Of a stretch of DNA of 64,000 nucleotides, positions 29,200-39,761 are shown piece by piece. This DNA comes from Nitrospinales bacterium (lineage in GTDB: Bacteria; Nitrospinota; Nitrospinia; Nitrospinales; VA-1). The notes under the pieces were generated by a model. It was not told where the DNA came from. It searched no databases and saw only the letters and a list, made by a program, of their open reading frames with translations. Location of the stretch: the NCBI GenBank assembly GCA_965249625.1, contig OZ252246.1, positions 1,095,457 to 1,159,456 of the forward strand, written 5' to 3'. How positions within the stretch are numbered: position 1 is the first letter of the stretch; each line of letters opens with the position of its first letter. Position numbers and translations under genes: made by a program.

Positions 29200-30831
29200 C
29201 TATATTTCCGGCACTGAAATGGCCTTGACGGTGGGACGGCGAAAATAGCCGTCCCCATTTTGAGAATGTGCGATGGCGTAGTATACAGGATTTGCAGCTA
29301 CTTTTAAAATGGCTTGCGAACCGGATATCTCAATTTCATGATCGAAGGGAATGACCGGTGTTTTTCGGTCTTTTTTCCAGGTTTTGCTTGGAGATTTTGG
29401 GGACAAAATTTCAGGCAGTCGAAACGACCTCTGCGCATAGAGATAGTCGAGCTTCAAGAGATCCTGCTCCATAGGAGTGGGAGCCTGATAAAACGTGTCC
29501 CGGAAAATGCGGTAATGCTCATCCAGAGAAACAGGGTTCATCAACAGTCCACGAGCATCATGATGTTCCAGTAAGCGGTTGAACAGGGTTACGGGGCCCA
29601 TTTTTCCGAGTAGGTAGTGGATGGAAAAACGGAATCGCTTGGAATTGTAATAGCGGTTGAAAATATCTTCGAATTGTTTCAAATACAAAACCTCTTCGGC
29701 CGATAGATTCCGGTGCGAGATCAGTTCATAAGGGGGAGTGGATTGGTAACGGTAGTGTTCCTTCTCTATAAGGTTGTTGATGGGAGCACCGGGAAGGAAT
29801 TTCAGAAAACCCAATTGCAATTCGTGGGGTCTCAGCGTCATCACCCGGGAGAAAGATTGCCGGATATCTTCCAGGGTTTCTCCGGGCAGTCCGAATATCA
29901 GGTCGCAGTGAAAATGAATGCGGTCTTGATCCACCAGCTGTTTAATGGTCTCAAAAAGTTTTTCGTTGTTCTGTTTTCTTTGAATGGTCTTCTGAACCGA
30001 TTCTGTGGTTGTTTGAATGCCGATTTCAAATTGAAACATTCCTGGGGGCACTGTTTTCAGAAAACCCAGAACTTCGGAAGTTAAAATATCTCCCACCACC
30101 TCAAAATGAAATTCGTTGCCTTTGAATTGAGTCAACCACTGCATCAGCTTTTTCATGCGTCCGGGTTTGAGGTTGAACGTACGGTCGACGAATTTAATTT
30201 TTTGAATGCCAGCGGTCACAAGTTCTTTAATCTGGCTCTGGATGATTTTTTCATCGAAGTAGCGAACCGTTTTGTCCAACGCTGATAAACAGAACGAACA
30301 AAGGTAAGGGCATCCTCTGGATGTTTCAAAATACACGATCCGGTTTTTCAGGTGCGGGAAATCTTCTTGCAGGTAAGCGGGGATGAGTTCCGGTAAGTCG
30401 GTGCCATAGGTCCGCCAGCGTGTAAGCACCTCCTCGGAGGGGGTCCTCTCTTGGCCGGTCAATTCCAGAAACTCCAGCCATTTCTTTTCTCCCTCGCCGG
30501 AAATTACCGGGAAGGGCAGGGAATTGTCTTTTTTAAACGATACCTCCGGTCCTCCCAGGGCAATTTTAAGGTGAGGCATTTGTTTTTGCAGGCGCTCGAT
30601 CAACTCCAGGCTCTGGCTCCGGTTCCAGATATAAATGCCAACGCCCAATACCTCAGGCTTAAGTTTCTGAATCTCTGCGGCAATTTTCCAGACTGGCTGG
30701 TTGATGACAAACTCTTGGATCCATACATTCTGATAGCCTGCATTTCGGCTGGCGTTTCTCAGATATCTTAAACTTAGCGAAGAGTGAATGAATTTTGCGT
30801 TAAGCGTTATGAGTCCAATAGAACGTTTCAC
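29200..30831 (-). CDS. B12-binding-domain radical SAM protein; start placed at GTG 30831
   Basis: LNAKFIHSSL, ETSRGCPYLCSFC, DRTFN, DLIFGLP; AGGA before the GTG. Confidence 0.88.
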   Translation of the reverse strand: MKRSIGLITLNAKFIHSSLSLRYLRNASRNAGYQNVWIQEFVINQPVWKIAAEIQKLKPEVLGVGIYIWNRSQSLELIERLQKQMPHLKIALGGPEVSFKKDNSLPFPVISGEGEKKWLEFLELTGQERTPSEEVLTRWRTYGTDLPELIPAYLQEDFPHLKNRIVYFETSRGCPYLCSFCLSALDKTVRYFDEKIIQSQIKELVTAGIQKIKFVDRTFNLKPGRMKKLMQWLTQFKGNEFHFEVVGDILTSEVLGFLKTVPPGMFQFEIGIQTTTESVQKTIQRKQNNEKLFETIKQLVDQDRIHFHCDLIFGLPGETLEDIRQSFSRVMTLRPHELQLGFLKFLPGAPINNLIEKEHYRYQSTPPYELISHRNLSAEEVLYLKQFEDIFNRYYNSKRFRFSIHYLLGKMGPVTLFNRLLEHHDARGLLMNPVSLDEHYRIFRDTFYQAPTPMEQDLLKLDYLYAQRSFRLPEILSPKSPSKTWKKDRKTPVIPFDHEIEISGSQAILKVAANPVYYAIAHSQNGDGYFRRPTVKAISVPEI

Positions 30832-30940
30832 GTCCGATCCTTGTCCTGTGGTTTGGAAATATTGCGATATCATACCACTCGGCGTGGGGCCAAAGGTCAA
30901 AAACTAGCTGGGCGGTTGCGCCAAGGTCACCGCCACATTG

Positions 30941-31768
30941 TCATCGGCCACTGGCCGATTGGCAGGTTTTGCAGAAAAAAGTGGAGCGGCCTGAATGAAT
31001 CAGGCGGGATATGGGGGTTTTGCATTTTGCACAAGGTTTGCCCTCTTTGCCGTAAACAGACAGTTTCACCGCATAATATCCTGCCGAACCGTTGGGGTCG
31101 AAGAAATCGCGTAAGGTGGTTCCTCCTGCGGAAATGCTGTCTTCCAGAGTGGAACGTATGCAGGAGATGAGCCGATCCCATTCTGTGAGGGTGATTCTCC
31201 CGGCTTTCCGTTTAGGGTTAATGCCTGCCAGGTATAAGGATTCGCAGGCGTAAATGTTGCCGATTCCAGCGATGCGCCGCGCATCCATGATGAAGGTTTT
31301 GATGGGCGACCGGCAGTTTTTGGCGCGGTTTTTTAAGGCCGTGGTGTTGCTTTCCGGTGCGAAGGGATCGGGTCCCATTTTGTCCAGTAAAGGGTGTTTT
31401 CCGTTTTCTGGAACCCAGAGTATGCAGCCAAAACGCCTCGGGTCGATAAAGTGCAGAAAGGTTTCGGGTCCGAACCGGAAAATAGCATGCGTGTGTTTTT
31501 CCTGCGGGTTCATTGAGGTCTGCAGGGCAACACGCCCGCTCATACCCAGGTGCCAGAGCATTGCCCCCTTGGGAACTTTCAGGAGCAGGTATTTTCCGTT
31601 GCGTTGGATTTGGGAAACTATCTGGTTCTCGAAATGTTTACGCAAAGTGGTCTGGGGGATGGGAAAGCGGATGTCTTTGCGGTAGAACTTGAGGGCGGTG
31701 CAGGTTTTGTTGACGATAAGAGGAAGTAGTGCCCGTCTCAGGGTTTCGACTTCAGGAAGTTCGGGCAT
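30941..31768 (-). CDS. mutM: Formamidopyrimidine-DNA glycosylase
   Basis: MPELPEVE start, HLGMSG, GIGNIYACE, C-terminal zinc finger. Confidence 0.96.
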   Translation of the reverse strand: MPELPEVETLRRALLPLIVNKTCTALKFYRKDIRFPIPQTTLRKHFENQIVSQIQRNGKYLLLKVPKGAMLWHLGMSGRVALQTSMNPQEKHTHAIFRFGPETFLHFIDPRRFGCILWVPENGKHPLLDKMGPDPFAPESNTTALKNRAKNCRSPIKTFIMDARRIAGIGNIYACESLYLAGINPKRKAGRITLTEWDRLISCIRSTLEDSISAGGTTLRDFFDPNGSAGYYAVKLSVYGKEGKPCAKCKTPISRLIHSGRSTFFCKTCQSASGR

Positions 31769-31818
31769 GGATGCAAATGAGAATGAGGGTCCTGCAAAAA
31801 TAGCGCAAGGCAAACATA

Positions 31819-32433
31819 TTATTCCTCACCCTCAACATTTTCTTCTTTTGGAGTTGGCGTTTCTTTAGCGGATTTTTTGGCGGTCACTACTTTTGCAGAA
31901 CGAAGAATCCGTCCATTCAAAGTATAGCCTTTGGAATATTCCTGCATGACGGTGTTTTCGTCATGCTCTGTAGATTCCATCTGGGTCATGACCTCATGCA
32001 GGCTTGGGTCAAAAGGTTTTCCCATGGCTTCAATCGGTTCCACCTTCTGGTTCTTGAGAAACGTGGTGAACTGTTTCTGAATCATTTCCACGCCTTCCTT
32101 TAAAGTTTGCAGGGAGGCATTGGGGGTGTTCAAGGCTCTCTCCAGATTGTCGTCAATTTGTACCAACTCTTTCAGGAGTCGCTCGTTGGCAAACTGAACG
32201 GCATCTGCCTTTTCCTTGACCAATCGTTTGCGGAAATTTTCAAGATCGGCTTTTTCTCTCAGGAAATCATTTTTTTGTTCGGCAAGTTCCAGGTCTTTTT
32301 TCTTTAATTGTTCCTGCAGCTCTTTGAGGGGGTCCTTTGCCTCTTCGGTAGGAGCGTCTTCTTCCAGATCGAGGACTTCTGTATCCAGAACTTCCGGGTT
32401 TTCTTCTTGTGTTGATTTTTCTTTAGATGTCAC
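31819..32433 (-). CDS. grpE: Nucleotide exchange factor GrpE
   Basis: ADLENFRKR, FDPSLHE, KGYTLNGRILR. Confidence 0.96.
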   Translation of the reverse strand: MTSKEKSTQEENPEVLDTEVLDLEEDAPTEEAKDPLKELQEQLKKKDLELAEQKNDFLREKADLENFRKRLVKEKADAVQFANERLLKELVQIDDNLERALNTPNASLQTLKEGVEMIQKQFTTFLKNQKVEPIEAMGKPFDPSLHEVMTQMESTEHDENTVMQEYSKGYTLNGRILRSAKVVTAKKSAKETPTPKEENVEGEE

Positions 32434-32437
32434 CTTT

Positions 32438-33511
32438 TCAAACTCCCTGATTTTCAGAAATTAACTTGGAAACTGTTTTTGCAGTATGGTTCACAATAGA
32501 AATGATACGTTTGTAGTCCATCCTTTTGGAACCGAAAACAGCCAGTGTGCCAACATTGTTTTGCCCCAACTGATAATTTTGCGCGATCAAACTGCAGTCC
32601 CCCATTTCTTCCTGCAGGTTTTCCTCGCCGATCAATATGGTCATTCCATCATGGCGCAGGCAAAGGTCGAGCAGGTTGATCAGTTTGGTTTTCTCTTCGA
32701 GCGTCACCAGAAGAGCTTTGATTTTGCTGATATCTTCGGTGAACTCAGGCTGGTCGAGAAAATTCAGGGCACCTTCCACAATCAGTTCGCTACTTTCCTT
32801 TTCTTCCGCAAACAGGGCAGAGGAAAGGGAGTGGGCTTTTCTGGCAAGGTTATTATAGTGCTCCTTTTCAAGTTTCAATCGTTTCAGTAATTCCCGCCGG
32901 ATCCACTGAATCGGTTTTCCACTGAACTCACTATTCATGTAATTGGAAATAGAGGTTAGTTGATCCTGGGTCATGTCCGAGTCAATGGGCAGCATTTTGT
33001 TTTGCAGGATGCCTTGTTCGGAGAAGAAAACGGCCAACGCTGCCTGAGGGCTCACTTTGGTAAATTCAATATGTTTAAAACTAGTGCTCGAAAAACTGGG
33101 CAGCATGACCAGTCCCGTTTGCTGAGAAACCGTGGAAAGGTTTTCGCAGGCTTGCTCAAGCAGTCCCTGAAGATTTTGTTTGCCGAGCGGGCATTCAAGC
33201 TCATGGGTATCCGACAGCACTTCGGCCGTCATTAAAAAACTTTGCGGACGCAGGAGGTGGTTCACATAAAACCGGTAACCCTTATCCGTGGGAATGCGAC
33301 CCGCCGACGTATGCGGTTGGCTCAGAAAACCCTTTTCCTCTAAGTCGGCCATCACGTTTCGGAGTGTGGCGGGACTGAGGTGTTCAGGGTGAATCTTGGC
33401 CACGGTGCGAGAACCCACTGGCTCGGCGGACTCGATATATTTATCAATGACAGCTAAAAGAACGACTTTGCTTCTTTCATCTAATAAAGATGATCTCATG
33501 GTGTCAGGCAA
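32438..33511 (-). CDS. hrcA: Heat-inducible transcription repressor
   Basis: EPVGSR, SPATLRNVMADLE, PHTSAGRIPTDKGYR. Confidence 0.96.
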   Translation of the reverse strand: MPDTMRSSLLDERSKVVLLAVIDKYIESAEPVGSRTVAKIHPEHLSPATLRNVMADLEEKGFLSQPHTSAGRIPTDKGYRFYVNHLLRPQSFLMTAEVLSDTHELECPLGKQNLQGLLEQACENLSTVSQQTGLVMLPSFSSTSFKHIEFTKVSPQAALAVFFSEQGILQNKMLPIDSDMTQDQLTSISNYMNSEFSGKPIQWIRRELLKRLKLEKEHYNNLARKAHSLSSALFAEEKESSELIVEGALNFLDQPEFTEDISKIKALLVTLEEKTKLINLLDLCLRHDGMTILIGEENLQEEMGDCSLIAQNYQLGQNNVGTLAVFGSKRMDYKRIISIVNHTAKTVSKLISENQGV

Positions 33512-33546
33512 TTATGAAAGGTTTTTGGAATCCTGCCAACTCCATT

Positions 33547-33575
33547 AAACTATCAATCAGCAAAAATTTTGTCAA
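33547..33575 (-). promoter_or_regulatory. Sigma70-type promoter for hrcA-grpE
   Basis: TTGACA-17 bp-TAGTTT. Confidence 0.6.
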
Positions 33576-33613
33576 TATTTACCCCACTGCCGCTACTCGC
33601 CGCAGGGGCAATG

Positions 33614-33688
33614 AGCAGGGGCTCACTAAGCCGAGAACCGGGTTGCTAGCAGCAAAAGGTTGTTGCGCTGGCTCCACGCCTAGTGGTG
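33614..33688. repeat. Family A element
   Basis: AGCAGGGGCTCACTAAGCCG...CTGGCTCCACGCCTAGTGG. Confidence 0.7.
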
Positions 33689-33689
33689 G

Positions 33690-34595
33690 CTACGCCGGTT
33701 TCAGGTCTTTGGATTTTTCCACAATCTGGGTTCCAACACCTTCCTCAGTAAAGATTTCCAGTAACAGGGCGTGCCGAACACGGCCGTCAATGATGTGGGT
33801 TTTATGCACTCCGGACTTGAGAGCTTCCATGCAACAATTGACTTTTGGCAGCATTCCATCACGAATGACCTTGCTTCGGATCATATCGGAAGCCAGTTTT
33901 CGGGTAAGGCCGGATTGCAGTTTCCCGGCTTTATTTTTGACTCCTTCGGTATCGGTCATCAAAACCAGTTTTTCGGCTTTCAGGGCTGAGGCGATCTGGG
34001 CGGCGACAAAGTCGGCGTTGATATTGAGTGTTTCCCCATTTTCCCCTTTGCCGATCGGAGCGATAACGGGGATGAATTCATTCTGATCCAAGGTTTCCAG
34101 AATCCGCGGGTTCACTTTAGTGATCTCGCCGACCAACCCCAGGTCAATAATTTCCGGGCGATCTGTTTCCGGCGAATGCTTCACCCTTTTATGTAGTTTT
34201 GCCAGAATCAGGTCGCCGTCTTTGCCAGTGATGCCTACCGCACTACCCCCCTGATGGTTGATCAGGGAAACGATTTCCTTATTCACTTTTCCTCCAAGAA
34301 CCATTTCCACCACGTCAATGGTTTCCTTGTTGGTGACACGTTGCCCTTCAACAAACTGCGATTGAATTCCCAGTGCCTTGAGGGTTTTGTCGATCTGCGG
34401 ACCGCCACCGTGAACCACGACCGGATTGATGCCAATGTATTTCATCATGACAATATCGAGGGCAAAATTTTTCTTGAGATCGTCCGAAACCATGGCATTG
34501 CCACCGTATTTGATGACGATGGTTTTACCGTAGAAGCTCTTGATGTAAGGCAGAGCTTCTAAAAGGATTTCTGCTTTATGGATGAGTTTTTTCAT
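33690..34595 (-). CDS. argB: Acetylglutamate kinase
   Basis: VIKYGGNAM, VHGGGPQI, NINAD, GMLPKV. Confidence 0.96.
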   Translation of the reverse strand: MKKLIHKAEILLEALPYIKSFYGKTIVIKYGGNAMVSDDLKKNFALDIVMMKYIGINPVVVHGGGPQIDKTLKALGIQSQFVEGQRVTNKETIDVVEMVLGGKVNKEIVSLINHQGGSAVGITGKDGDLILAKLHKRVKHSPETDRPEIIDLGLVGEITKVNPRILETLDQNEFIPVIAPIGKGENGETLNINADFVAAQIASALKAEKLVLMTDTEGVKNKAGKLQSGLTRKLASDMIRSKVIRDGMLPKVNCCMEALKSGVHKTHIIDGRVRHALLLEIFTEEGVGTQIVEKSKDLKPA

Positions 34596-34622
34596 GGATA
34601 GTTTATCTGCGGAGATTTTCCG

Positions 34623-36035
34623 CTAAAGGATGTAACGGCTCAGGTCTTCGTCTTGAATAATGTCTCTCAGTTTTTCTTGGATATATCTGGCATCAATCGT
34701 TATATTTTTTTCTTCCATATCAGGAGCATTGAAAGAGATTTCTTCGAGAAACTTTTCCATGATGGTTTGCAGTCGCCGGGCACCGATATTTTCCGTACGC
34801 TGGTTAACCAGGGCGGACATTTCAGCAATCTGGTCGATGGCATCTTCCAGAAAACTCAGGTTGACCTGTTCCGTTTTCAGCAAGGCGGTGTATTGCTTGA
34901 CCAAAGCATTGTCTGGCTCGGTGAGAATGCGGACGAAATCATTTTTAGTCAGGGAATCCAGTTCAACACGGATAGGAAAACGGCCCTGAAATTCCGGGAT
35001 CAGGTCCGACGGCTTGGCGGAGTGAAACGCTCCCGCCGCAATGAAAAGGATGTGGTCGGTTTTCACGATGCCGTACTTGGTGTTCACCGATGAGCCTTCA
35101 ACGATAGGCAGAAGGTCACGTTGTACCCCTTCGCGGGAGACATCGGGCCCACTGGTTCCACCTGACTGGCGGCCGATTATTTTGTCTACTTCATCGATGA
35201 AGATGATTCCGTTTTGCTCGACACGCTTTAAGGTTTCTTGCATCACTATGTCCTGGTCGAGCAATTTTTCCGCTTCTTCCTGACAAAGAACCTTGAACGC
35301 ATCCGGAACCTTCAATTTTTTGTTTTTGGTTTTCTGCGGCATGAGGGAGCCGAGCATGTCCTTAATGTTATTGCCCATCTCCTCCATTCCGACTCCGGAG
35401 TTCAGGTCAATGATTGAAGGCGTTTTATCCCGCACCTGGATTTCCACTTCGCGGTCATCAAGCTTGCCTTCTTTTAGCATCTGGGCAAACTTTTCACGAG
35501 TTTGCTCGTAATGCAGTTTTCCGTTTGTGTCGAGATTAAAGCCGGGTTTCCCCTGTTGTCCTGCGGGTGGAGGGAGAAGCAAATCCAGAAGCCTTTCTAT
35601 AGCCTGCTCGCGGGCCTGTTCGCGAAAGGTGGTTTCCATTTCTTCTTTAACCATATTTTTTGACAATTCCACCAGATCCCGGACCATGGACTCGACATCG
35701 CGCCCGACATAACCCACCTCGGTGTATTTGGAAGCCTCGACTTTGATGAAAGGAGACTTGGAAAGCTTTGCCAGCCGCCGGGCGATTTCTGTCTTGCCCA
35801 CTCCCGTCGGGCCGATCATGAGAATATTTTTGGGTCCTACCTCATCGCGAAGAGAGTCAGGAAGCTGTAACCGACGCCAGCGATTGCGCAGGGCGATGCC
35901 CACCGCCCGCTTGGCATTGGTTTGCCCGACGATAAACTTGTCCAGTTCCGCAACAATTTGTTTTGGAGTCAATGACGCCATGAACGTATCGCTAGTTTTC
36001 TGGATTGTGGGTTCGGTTATTGCTGCATCATTCAT
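34623..36035 (-). CDS. hslU: HslU ATPase
   Basis: [35 protein letters not shown]. Confidence 0.97.
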   Translation of the reverse strand: MNDAAITEPTIQKTSDTFMASLTPKQIVAELDKFIVGQTNAKRAVGIALRNRWRRLQLPDSLRDEVGPKNILMIGPTGVGKTEIARRLAKLSKSPFIKVEASKYTEVGYVGRDVESMVRDLVELSKNMVKEEMETTFREQAREQAIERLLDLLLPPPAGQQGKPGFNLDTNGKLHYEQTREKFAQMLKEGKLDDREVEIQVRDKTPSIIDLNSGVGMEEMGNNIKDMLGSLMPQKTKNKKLKVPDAFKVLCQEEAEKLLDQDIVMQETLKRVEQNGIIFIDEVDKIIGRQSGGTSGPDVSREGVQRDLLPIVEGSSVNTKYGIVKTDHILFIAAGAFHSAKPSDLIPEFQGRFPIRVELDSLTKNDFVRILTEPDNALVKQYTALLKTEQVNLSFLEDAIDQIAEMSALVNQRTENIGARRLQTIMEKFLEEISFNAPDMEEKNITIDARYIQEKLRDIIQDEDLSRYIL

Positions 36036-36038
36036 GGA

Positions 36039-36566
36039 CTACAATTCCTCAATCGTTACATTAGAGTTGGTATAAATACAGATCGTCTCGGTGATCTTCA
36101 TCGCTTCTTCGACGATTTGCCTTGCCGAAAGATCGCTGTGTTGTACCAGTGCTTTGGCAGCGGCGGATGCGAACATGCCTCCTGAACCGATCGCCAAAAC
36201 TCCATCATCGGGTTCGATCACGTCTCCCGTTCCGGAAAGCAGGAGGGAGTGTTCCTTGTCGACCACAATCAGCATGGCCTCAAGCCGTCTCAGCATTTTA
36301 TCAGTGCGCCAGTCTTTAGCCAGCTCCACTGCCGAGCGGGGCAGGTTGCCTTGGAATTTTTCAAGTTTTTCCTCAAACCGGGCAAACAGTGAAAACGCGT
36401 CTGCGGTGGACCCTGCAAAACCGCCAACCACATTATCGTGGTACATACGCCGGACCTTGCTGGCGGAATGTTTCATGATTGTGTTGCCCAAGCTGACCTG
36501 ACCATCACCGCCGATGACGACCTGACCCTTGTGGCGGACAGCGAGTATTGTGGTTGCGTGCATCAT
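36039..36566 (-). CDS. hslV: HslV protease; start placed at 36566
   Basis: [27 protein letters not shown]. Confidence 0.96.
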   Translation of the reverse strand: MMHATTILAVRHKGQVVIGGDGQVSLGNTIMKHSASKVRRMYHDNVVGGFAGSTADAFSLFARFEEKLEKFQGNLPRSAVELAKDWRTDKMLRRLEAMLIVVDKEHSLLLSGTGDVIEPDDGVLAIGSGGMFASAAAKALVQHSDLSARQIVEEAMKITETICIYTNSNVTIEEL

Positions 36567-36609
36567 ATTGAGTATTGTACTGGTATCAAACAAAAAATGG
36601 AGGTTAATA

Positions 36610-37539
36610 TTATTCCAATGCGGGTTTTTCTTTAGCGCGGGGATGCGCCTTGTCATAGGTTTCGGACAATCGATCGAGCGTCAAATGGGTATATTTCTGG
36701 GTGGTGGACAGGCTGGAATGACCCAACAATTCCTGAATGGACCGCAAATCTGCTCCGCCCTCCAATAGGTGAGTGGCAAAAGAATGCCGGATCGAATGTG
36801 GAGAAACTCCACCGGCGAAGTTCCCCTGCTTGATATATTTTTCCACCACTTTGCGCACTCCTCTAACAGTGATAGCGGCTCCGCGATAATTCAAAAACAG
36901 TTGCTCCGTGCCGGGGCCAAGTTTGCGAACTTTATCCATCCGGGCGTTGAGATAGCTTTTCAGTGCCTCGACACAATGGCGTCCCATCGGCAGGAGACGC
37001 TCCTTGCCGCCTTTTCCCAGCACTTTGACCATGCGGGAGTCCAGGTTGATGTCCTCAAGGGTCAGCCCAACCAGTTCGCTGATACGCAGGCCGCAGCTGT
37101 AAAACAGTTCCAGCAGAGCCCGGTCGCGGACCTGAAGGAACCCTTCGCCCTCGGGCAATTGCAAAAGGCGGAACATTTCATCAACGGAAAAATAGGACGG
37201 CAGTTTGTTCTGCATCCGGGGAGCGGGCACGGTTTTGGCGACATTGGTCTTTAAATAGCCTTCGCGACACAGGAACCGGAAAAATGAGCTCAATGTGGAA
37301 AGCTTGCGTCGCATAGTGGTGCCGGAATAATTCTTCTCATAGAGATGAGCCATGAATGAGCGTATCGCCAACCGGTCTATTTTTTCGATTTGAATGGAAC
37401 GGGACTCAACGGCATGGCCGGAGTGGGTCAAAAATTCCTGAAACTGGGCGATATCATTGAGATAACCGTCCAGCGTGTTGGGAGAAGCATTTTTTTCCAC
37501 CAGCAGGTAATTTGTGAATTCTGTTATTGCCTCTTTCAC
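36610..37539 (-). CDS. xerC: Tyrosine recombinase XerC
   Basis: [31 protein letters not shown]; xerC-hslV-hslU order. Confidence 0.88.
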   Translation of the reverse strand: MKEAITEFTNYLLVEKNASPNTLDGYLNDIAQFQEFLTHSGHAVESRSIQIEKIDRLAIRSFMAHLYEKNYSGTTMRRKLSTLSSFFRFLCREGYLKTNVAKTVPAPRMQNKLPSYFSVDEMFRLLQLPEGEGFLQVRDRALLELFYSCGLRISELVGLTLEDINLDSRMVKVLGKGGKERLLPMGRHCVEALKSYLNARMDKVRKLGPGTEQLFLNYRGAAITVRGVRKVVEKYIKQGNFAGGVSPHSIRHSFATHLLEGGADLRSIQELLGHSSLSTTQKYTHLTLDRLSETYDKAHPRAKEKPALE

Positions 37540-37568
37540 TTAATAACCCTTTATTTATCAATAGTATC

Positions 37569-37597
37569 AAAATACCGGACCGCAGGGGAGAAGTCAA
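37569..37597 (-). promoter_or_regulatory. Sigma70-type promoter for xerC
   Basis: TTGACT-17 bp-TATTTT. Confidence 0.5.
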
Positions 37598-37704
37598 GTT
37601 GCGCCACCCTACGTTTACTATTTGAAACTGTCAGGAATTGAGTTCATAATCCTCATAAACACATTTTGTCAACCGCTGGTCCCTAAACGGGTCCCTAAAA
37701 ATAG

Positions 37705-38292
37705 ATGGCCATTATGTCTGACTTAACGAATCCGGAATTTGAAAGAGAGAGACAGCAAGCCGGCGAGGGATTCCGAAAGGTGTCCGAAATCCGCCAGAAG
37801 CTGGACATCCTGGCTGAACATGTGGAGTCCAGAAAAGAGGCATTGGAAGAAGAAATTCAGGAACACCTGCACGAGTCGCTGGCCAATGCACGGGACTCAA
37901 TGGAACGCATTGAGGAAAACATTGCCCCGAAAGTGGAAAAAGCCATCCGAACCAAAATGGAAGAAATCGACCGTAAGATGGCGCGCTTGAATGAAGAGGG
38001 GCTCGAAGCGGTGCGGCAGGAACTGGTGAAAGCCACCCCAGAGATCACCAAAAAAATACTGCAAGATCTCGACAAGCTGGTAGCGGAAAACACCCGTTTT
38101 ACGAAAATGGAAATTTTGAATGAGGTCAAAGAGGAGCTCGCTAAATCTGTTCAGTCGAAGATAGAACCCATCAATAAAAAACTGGAAAAGGATTTGTCTG
38201 TGCTAAAAACTCTCACAATTACCGGTACGACCTTGGCTTTGACCTTGGCGGGCGCAGCTTTATTGGGTGTGATCTGGTTGACGGTCAGGTGA
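37705..38292 (+). CDS. Coiled-coil protein with C-terminal TM anchor
   Basis: Charged helical body, hydrophobic tail. Confidence 0.72.
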   Translation: MAIMSDLTNPEFERERQQAGEGFRKVSEIRQKLDILAEHVESRKEALEEEIQEHLHESLANARDSMERIEENIAPKVEKAIRTKMEEIDRKMARLNEEGLEAVRQELVKATPEITKKILQDLDKLVAENTRFTKMEILNEVKEELAKSVQSKIEPINKKLEKDLSVLKTLTITGTTLALTLAGAALLGVIWLTVR

Positions 38293-38458
38293 CCAGCCAG
38301 AACAGGAAAAAGAAAAGAACGCTGGAAAGAATCACCTGCCAGACGAAATTAAACCCTGGACCGGTAAAAAGGATCAATACAGAACAGACGCAGAGAATGA
38401 CGAATGCCAGGATAAGCCGGGTGCGTTGTTTTAGGATCGGTTCCGGTTCCATAAATCG

Positions 38459-38959
38459 TTAATCGCTTTTATCTTGTAGAAGCAGTCTTTTAATATCTTC
38501 AAAAGCCAGAATTTCTTCCGCTTCCAATAGCAGATTATCGACCGATAACCCGCTTTCCAACTCTGCGGGTTCCTCGGGATCAGAGTCAATGCCCAGTCCG
38601 GGTGAAGACTCGAGATAGCTTTTGATTTCGTCCTGGCTGAACGTGTTGAGGATGGCCTTGGAGAAATCGTCCAAGAGAGACTCCAGATGTTTGACCTGCT
38701 CCAAAGGTCTGCTGTAATGCTCCTGAACCGTCAAGGCATAGCTCATCTTCAAGGCGCGCCCACCTTGGTTCATAGGATGATCTTCAGGCGCATCATCGCT
38801 GGAATACAAAAATTGAAGTTTCCGCCTTGCTTTTCTGAGCAGGCTGAAATTTAATCCAAACTTTTCTCCAATCAAAAAAGAAAGGCCTGCATGCGTTCCC
38901 GCACGCTCGGCAATTTGTGATGCTTCCCTACAATATTCCTGAACCTGTTCGAGTTCCAT
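38459..38959 (-). CDS. Hypothetical protein
   Basis: 166-aa ORF. Confidence 0.7.
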   Translation of the reverse strand: MELEQVQEYCREASQIAERAGTHAGLSFLIGEKFGLNFSLLRKARRKLQFLYSSDDAPEDHPMNQGGRALKMSYALTVQEHYSRPLEQVKHLESLLDDFSKAILNTFSQDEIKSYLESSPGLGIDSDPEEPAELESGLSVDNLLLEAEEILAFEDIKRLLLQDKSD

Positions 38960-39083
38960 ATTCCGATTTTATGTGGTGATTGCCGACGAATGATCTTGTA
39001 GTCATTAACTTTGACCATTATTCTTGTAATGGCGGCGTAAGTAAACCCTTTAATGCGGAAATTTCCGGTTTTTGCTCAGAGTA

Positions 39084-39713
39084 TTATTTTGCAGTTTGCC
39101 GTCCATACATTTTGGCGCACAGATAAGCCAGGAACCGGGTGGCGGAATGCAGGAAGGGTTCATTTCCTTTTACCGGCCGAACGTGGATAAAATACATACC
39201 CGCATCAATGGCCCCGCCATCCGTTACATAATTGTCTCCAATCATGCACACCCTGGCAGGATCTTCCAGCTGCAGAAAATCGGTCATGGCGATGTGGAAT
39301 CCCTGCGGATCGGGTTTGGCGGGCACGTTGGTGACAACTTTGACCCCCATTTCCTGAAATGCTTGAAACCGGTCTTCCCATGCATTGGTATAAATGGCCA
39401 TTTTAAATCCGTTATTTAGCATGGCGTGCACATGGTCCAGGACCGACGGGCTGAACTCTCTGGCGTGATGAGGGGCAAGGGTGCCATCGGCATCGAGAAG
39501 TATCCCTTCAAAGCCTTGTTCCAGAAGCCGTTCGATGGGAACGTCCTCAAACCTTTTTACCTGCATAAAGGTGTCCAGCCGAGAAGGGCTGAAAGGTAGA
39601 GTAAGGAATCGGAAAGTTTTGGCCCAAGTCAGGCCTTCGCGTGGCGGAGAACCTCCGCTGACCAGCGTGACGCTGGACTCAAACTGCAATGGCTTTTCAC
39701 TGCTATCGATCAT
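39084..39713 (-). CDS. HAD-IIIA phosphatase, YqeG-like
   Basis: DADGTL, TN, AKP, IGDNYVTD. Confidence 0.82.
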   Translation of the reverse strand: MIDSSEKPLQFESSVTLVSGGSPPREGLTWAKTFRFLTLPFSPSRLDTFMQVKRFEDVPIERLLEQGFEGILLDADGTLAPHHAREFSPSVLDHVHAMLNNGFKMAIYTNAWEDRFQAFQEMGVKVVTNVPAKPDPQGFHIAMTDFLQLEDPARVCMIGDNYVTDGGAIDAGMYFIHVRPVKGNEPFLHSATRFLAYLCAKMYGRQTAK

Positions 39714-39761
39714 ACTCTCGGCCTTATGGGCCGGCGTGGTGCTGGACCCAACTTGTTAGAG

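Noticed and set aside
36610-37539. Tyrosine recombinase as the integron integrase for the attC sites
   Set aside because: No IntI-specific insertion apparent, and it sits in the standard xerC-hslV-hslU context
37678-37701. GGTCCCTAAA direct repeat
   Set aside because: Two copies only; could be an operator but has no other support
39729-39750. Further family A copies here and near 52345-52370
   Set aside because: Only the GGCGTGG core matches; too short to call
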